A stretch of 64,000 bases of DNA from an uncultured Planctomycetales bacterium (lineage in GTDB: Bacteria; Omnitrophota; Gorgyraeia; Zapsychrales; CAYRXT01): contig CAYRXT010000006.1 in assembly GCA_964428315.1 (NCBI GenBank), positions 8,071-72,070 on the forward strand. The letters run 5' to 3'. Below are positions 63,965 to 64,000 of the stretch, one piece after another. Made by a program: the position numbers and the translations under genes. Position 1 is the first letter of the stretch; every line of letters starts with the position of its first letter. The notes below the pieces were generated by a model. That model did no database searches. It was given only the letters and a program-made list of their open reading frames with translations, and was not told the origin of the DNA.

Positions 63965-64000
63965 TGCTCGATAAAAAAGGACATTTTGGCGAATTCGGCG
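63964..64000 (+). CDS. trpB: Tryptophan synthase beta chain, N-terminal fragment (runs off the window)
   Basis: ATG overlapping the previous TGA translates to MLDKKGHFGEFG, matching the TrpB G.FG.FGG start; trp context. Confidence 0.75.
   Translation, partial: MLDKKGHFGEFG

Overview
A 64-kb stretch of core chromosome from a Gram-negative (LPS-producing) bacterium. Gene content and order suggest Omnitrophota or a related PVC-group lineage, but this is inference only. About 64 protein-coding genes lie head-to-tail on the + strand, with no credible minus-strand gene. In order: a lipid A/LPS-core/Kdo/Lpt cluster (waaA, lpxK, an LpxL-ELM1 fusion, GT4 and GT9 glycosyltransferases, rfaE1, kdsBADC, an LptC-LptA fusion, lptB); tig-clpP; a class V aminotransferase with serA; purA; an OmpA/MotB lipoprotein; DUF4912-GH57; uppS-cdsA-dxr-rseP-(orphan tadA)-proS-rimP-nusA-infB; trpS-scpA-ruvB-DUF2905-spoIID-queA-tgt; trmD-rplS-rnhB-yraN; fchA-folD-oxidoreductase; TPR-polA-coaE-rho-rpmE-prfA-prmC-murA; and trpGDCF, separated from trpB by an exonuclease, a c-di-GMP-I (GEMM) aptamer RNA, a Zn-ribbon protein, an M20 hydrolase and a DUF3108-like protein. 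No rRNA, tRNA, CRISPR array, transposase or phage gene was seen. Best leads: (1) an apparently orphan c-di-GMP aptamer RNA of about 190 nt with its own promoter, a large P2 insertion, an 11-bp 5'/3' closing helix and tandem terminators; (2) a coupled fchA + cyclohydrolase-dead folD + motif-degenerate flavoprotein C1 module; (3) a CcdA-like membrane protein with both redox cysteines replaced by Tyr; (4) a lone TadA ATPase where ispG usually sits; (5) Ser/Gly-aromatic repeats in DUF4912; (6) LPS enzyme and transport fusions; (7) a REP/MITE-like palindrome. All family assignments come from motif recognition by eye; no database searches were run.
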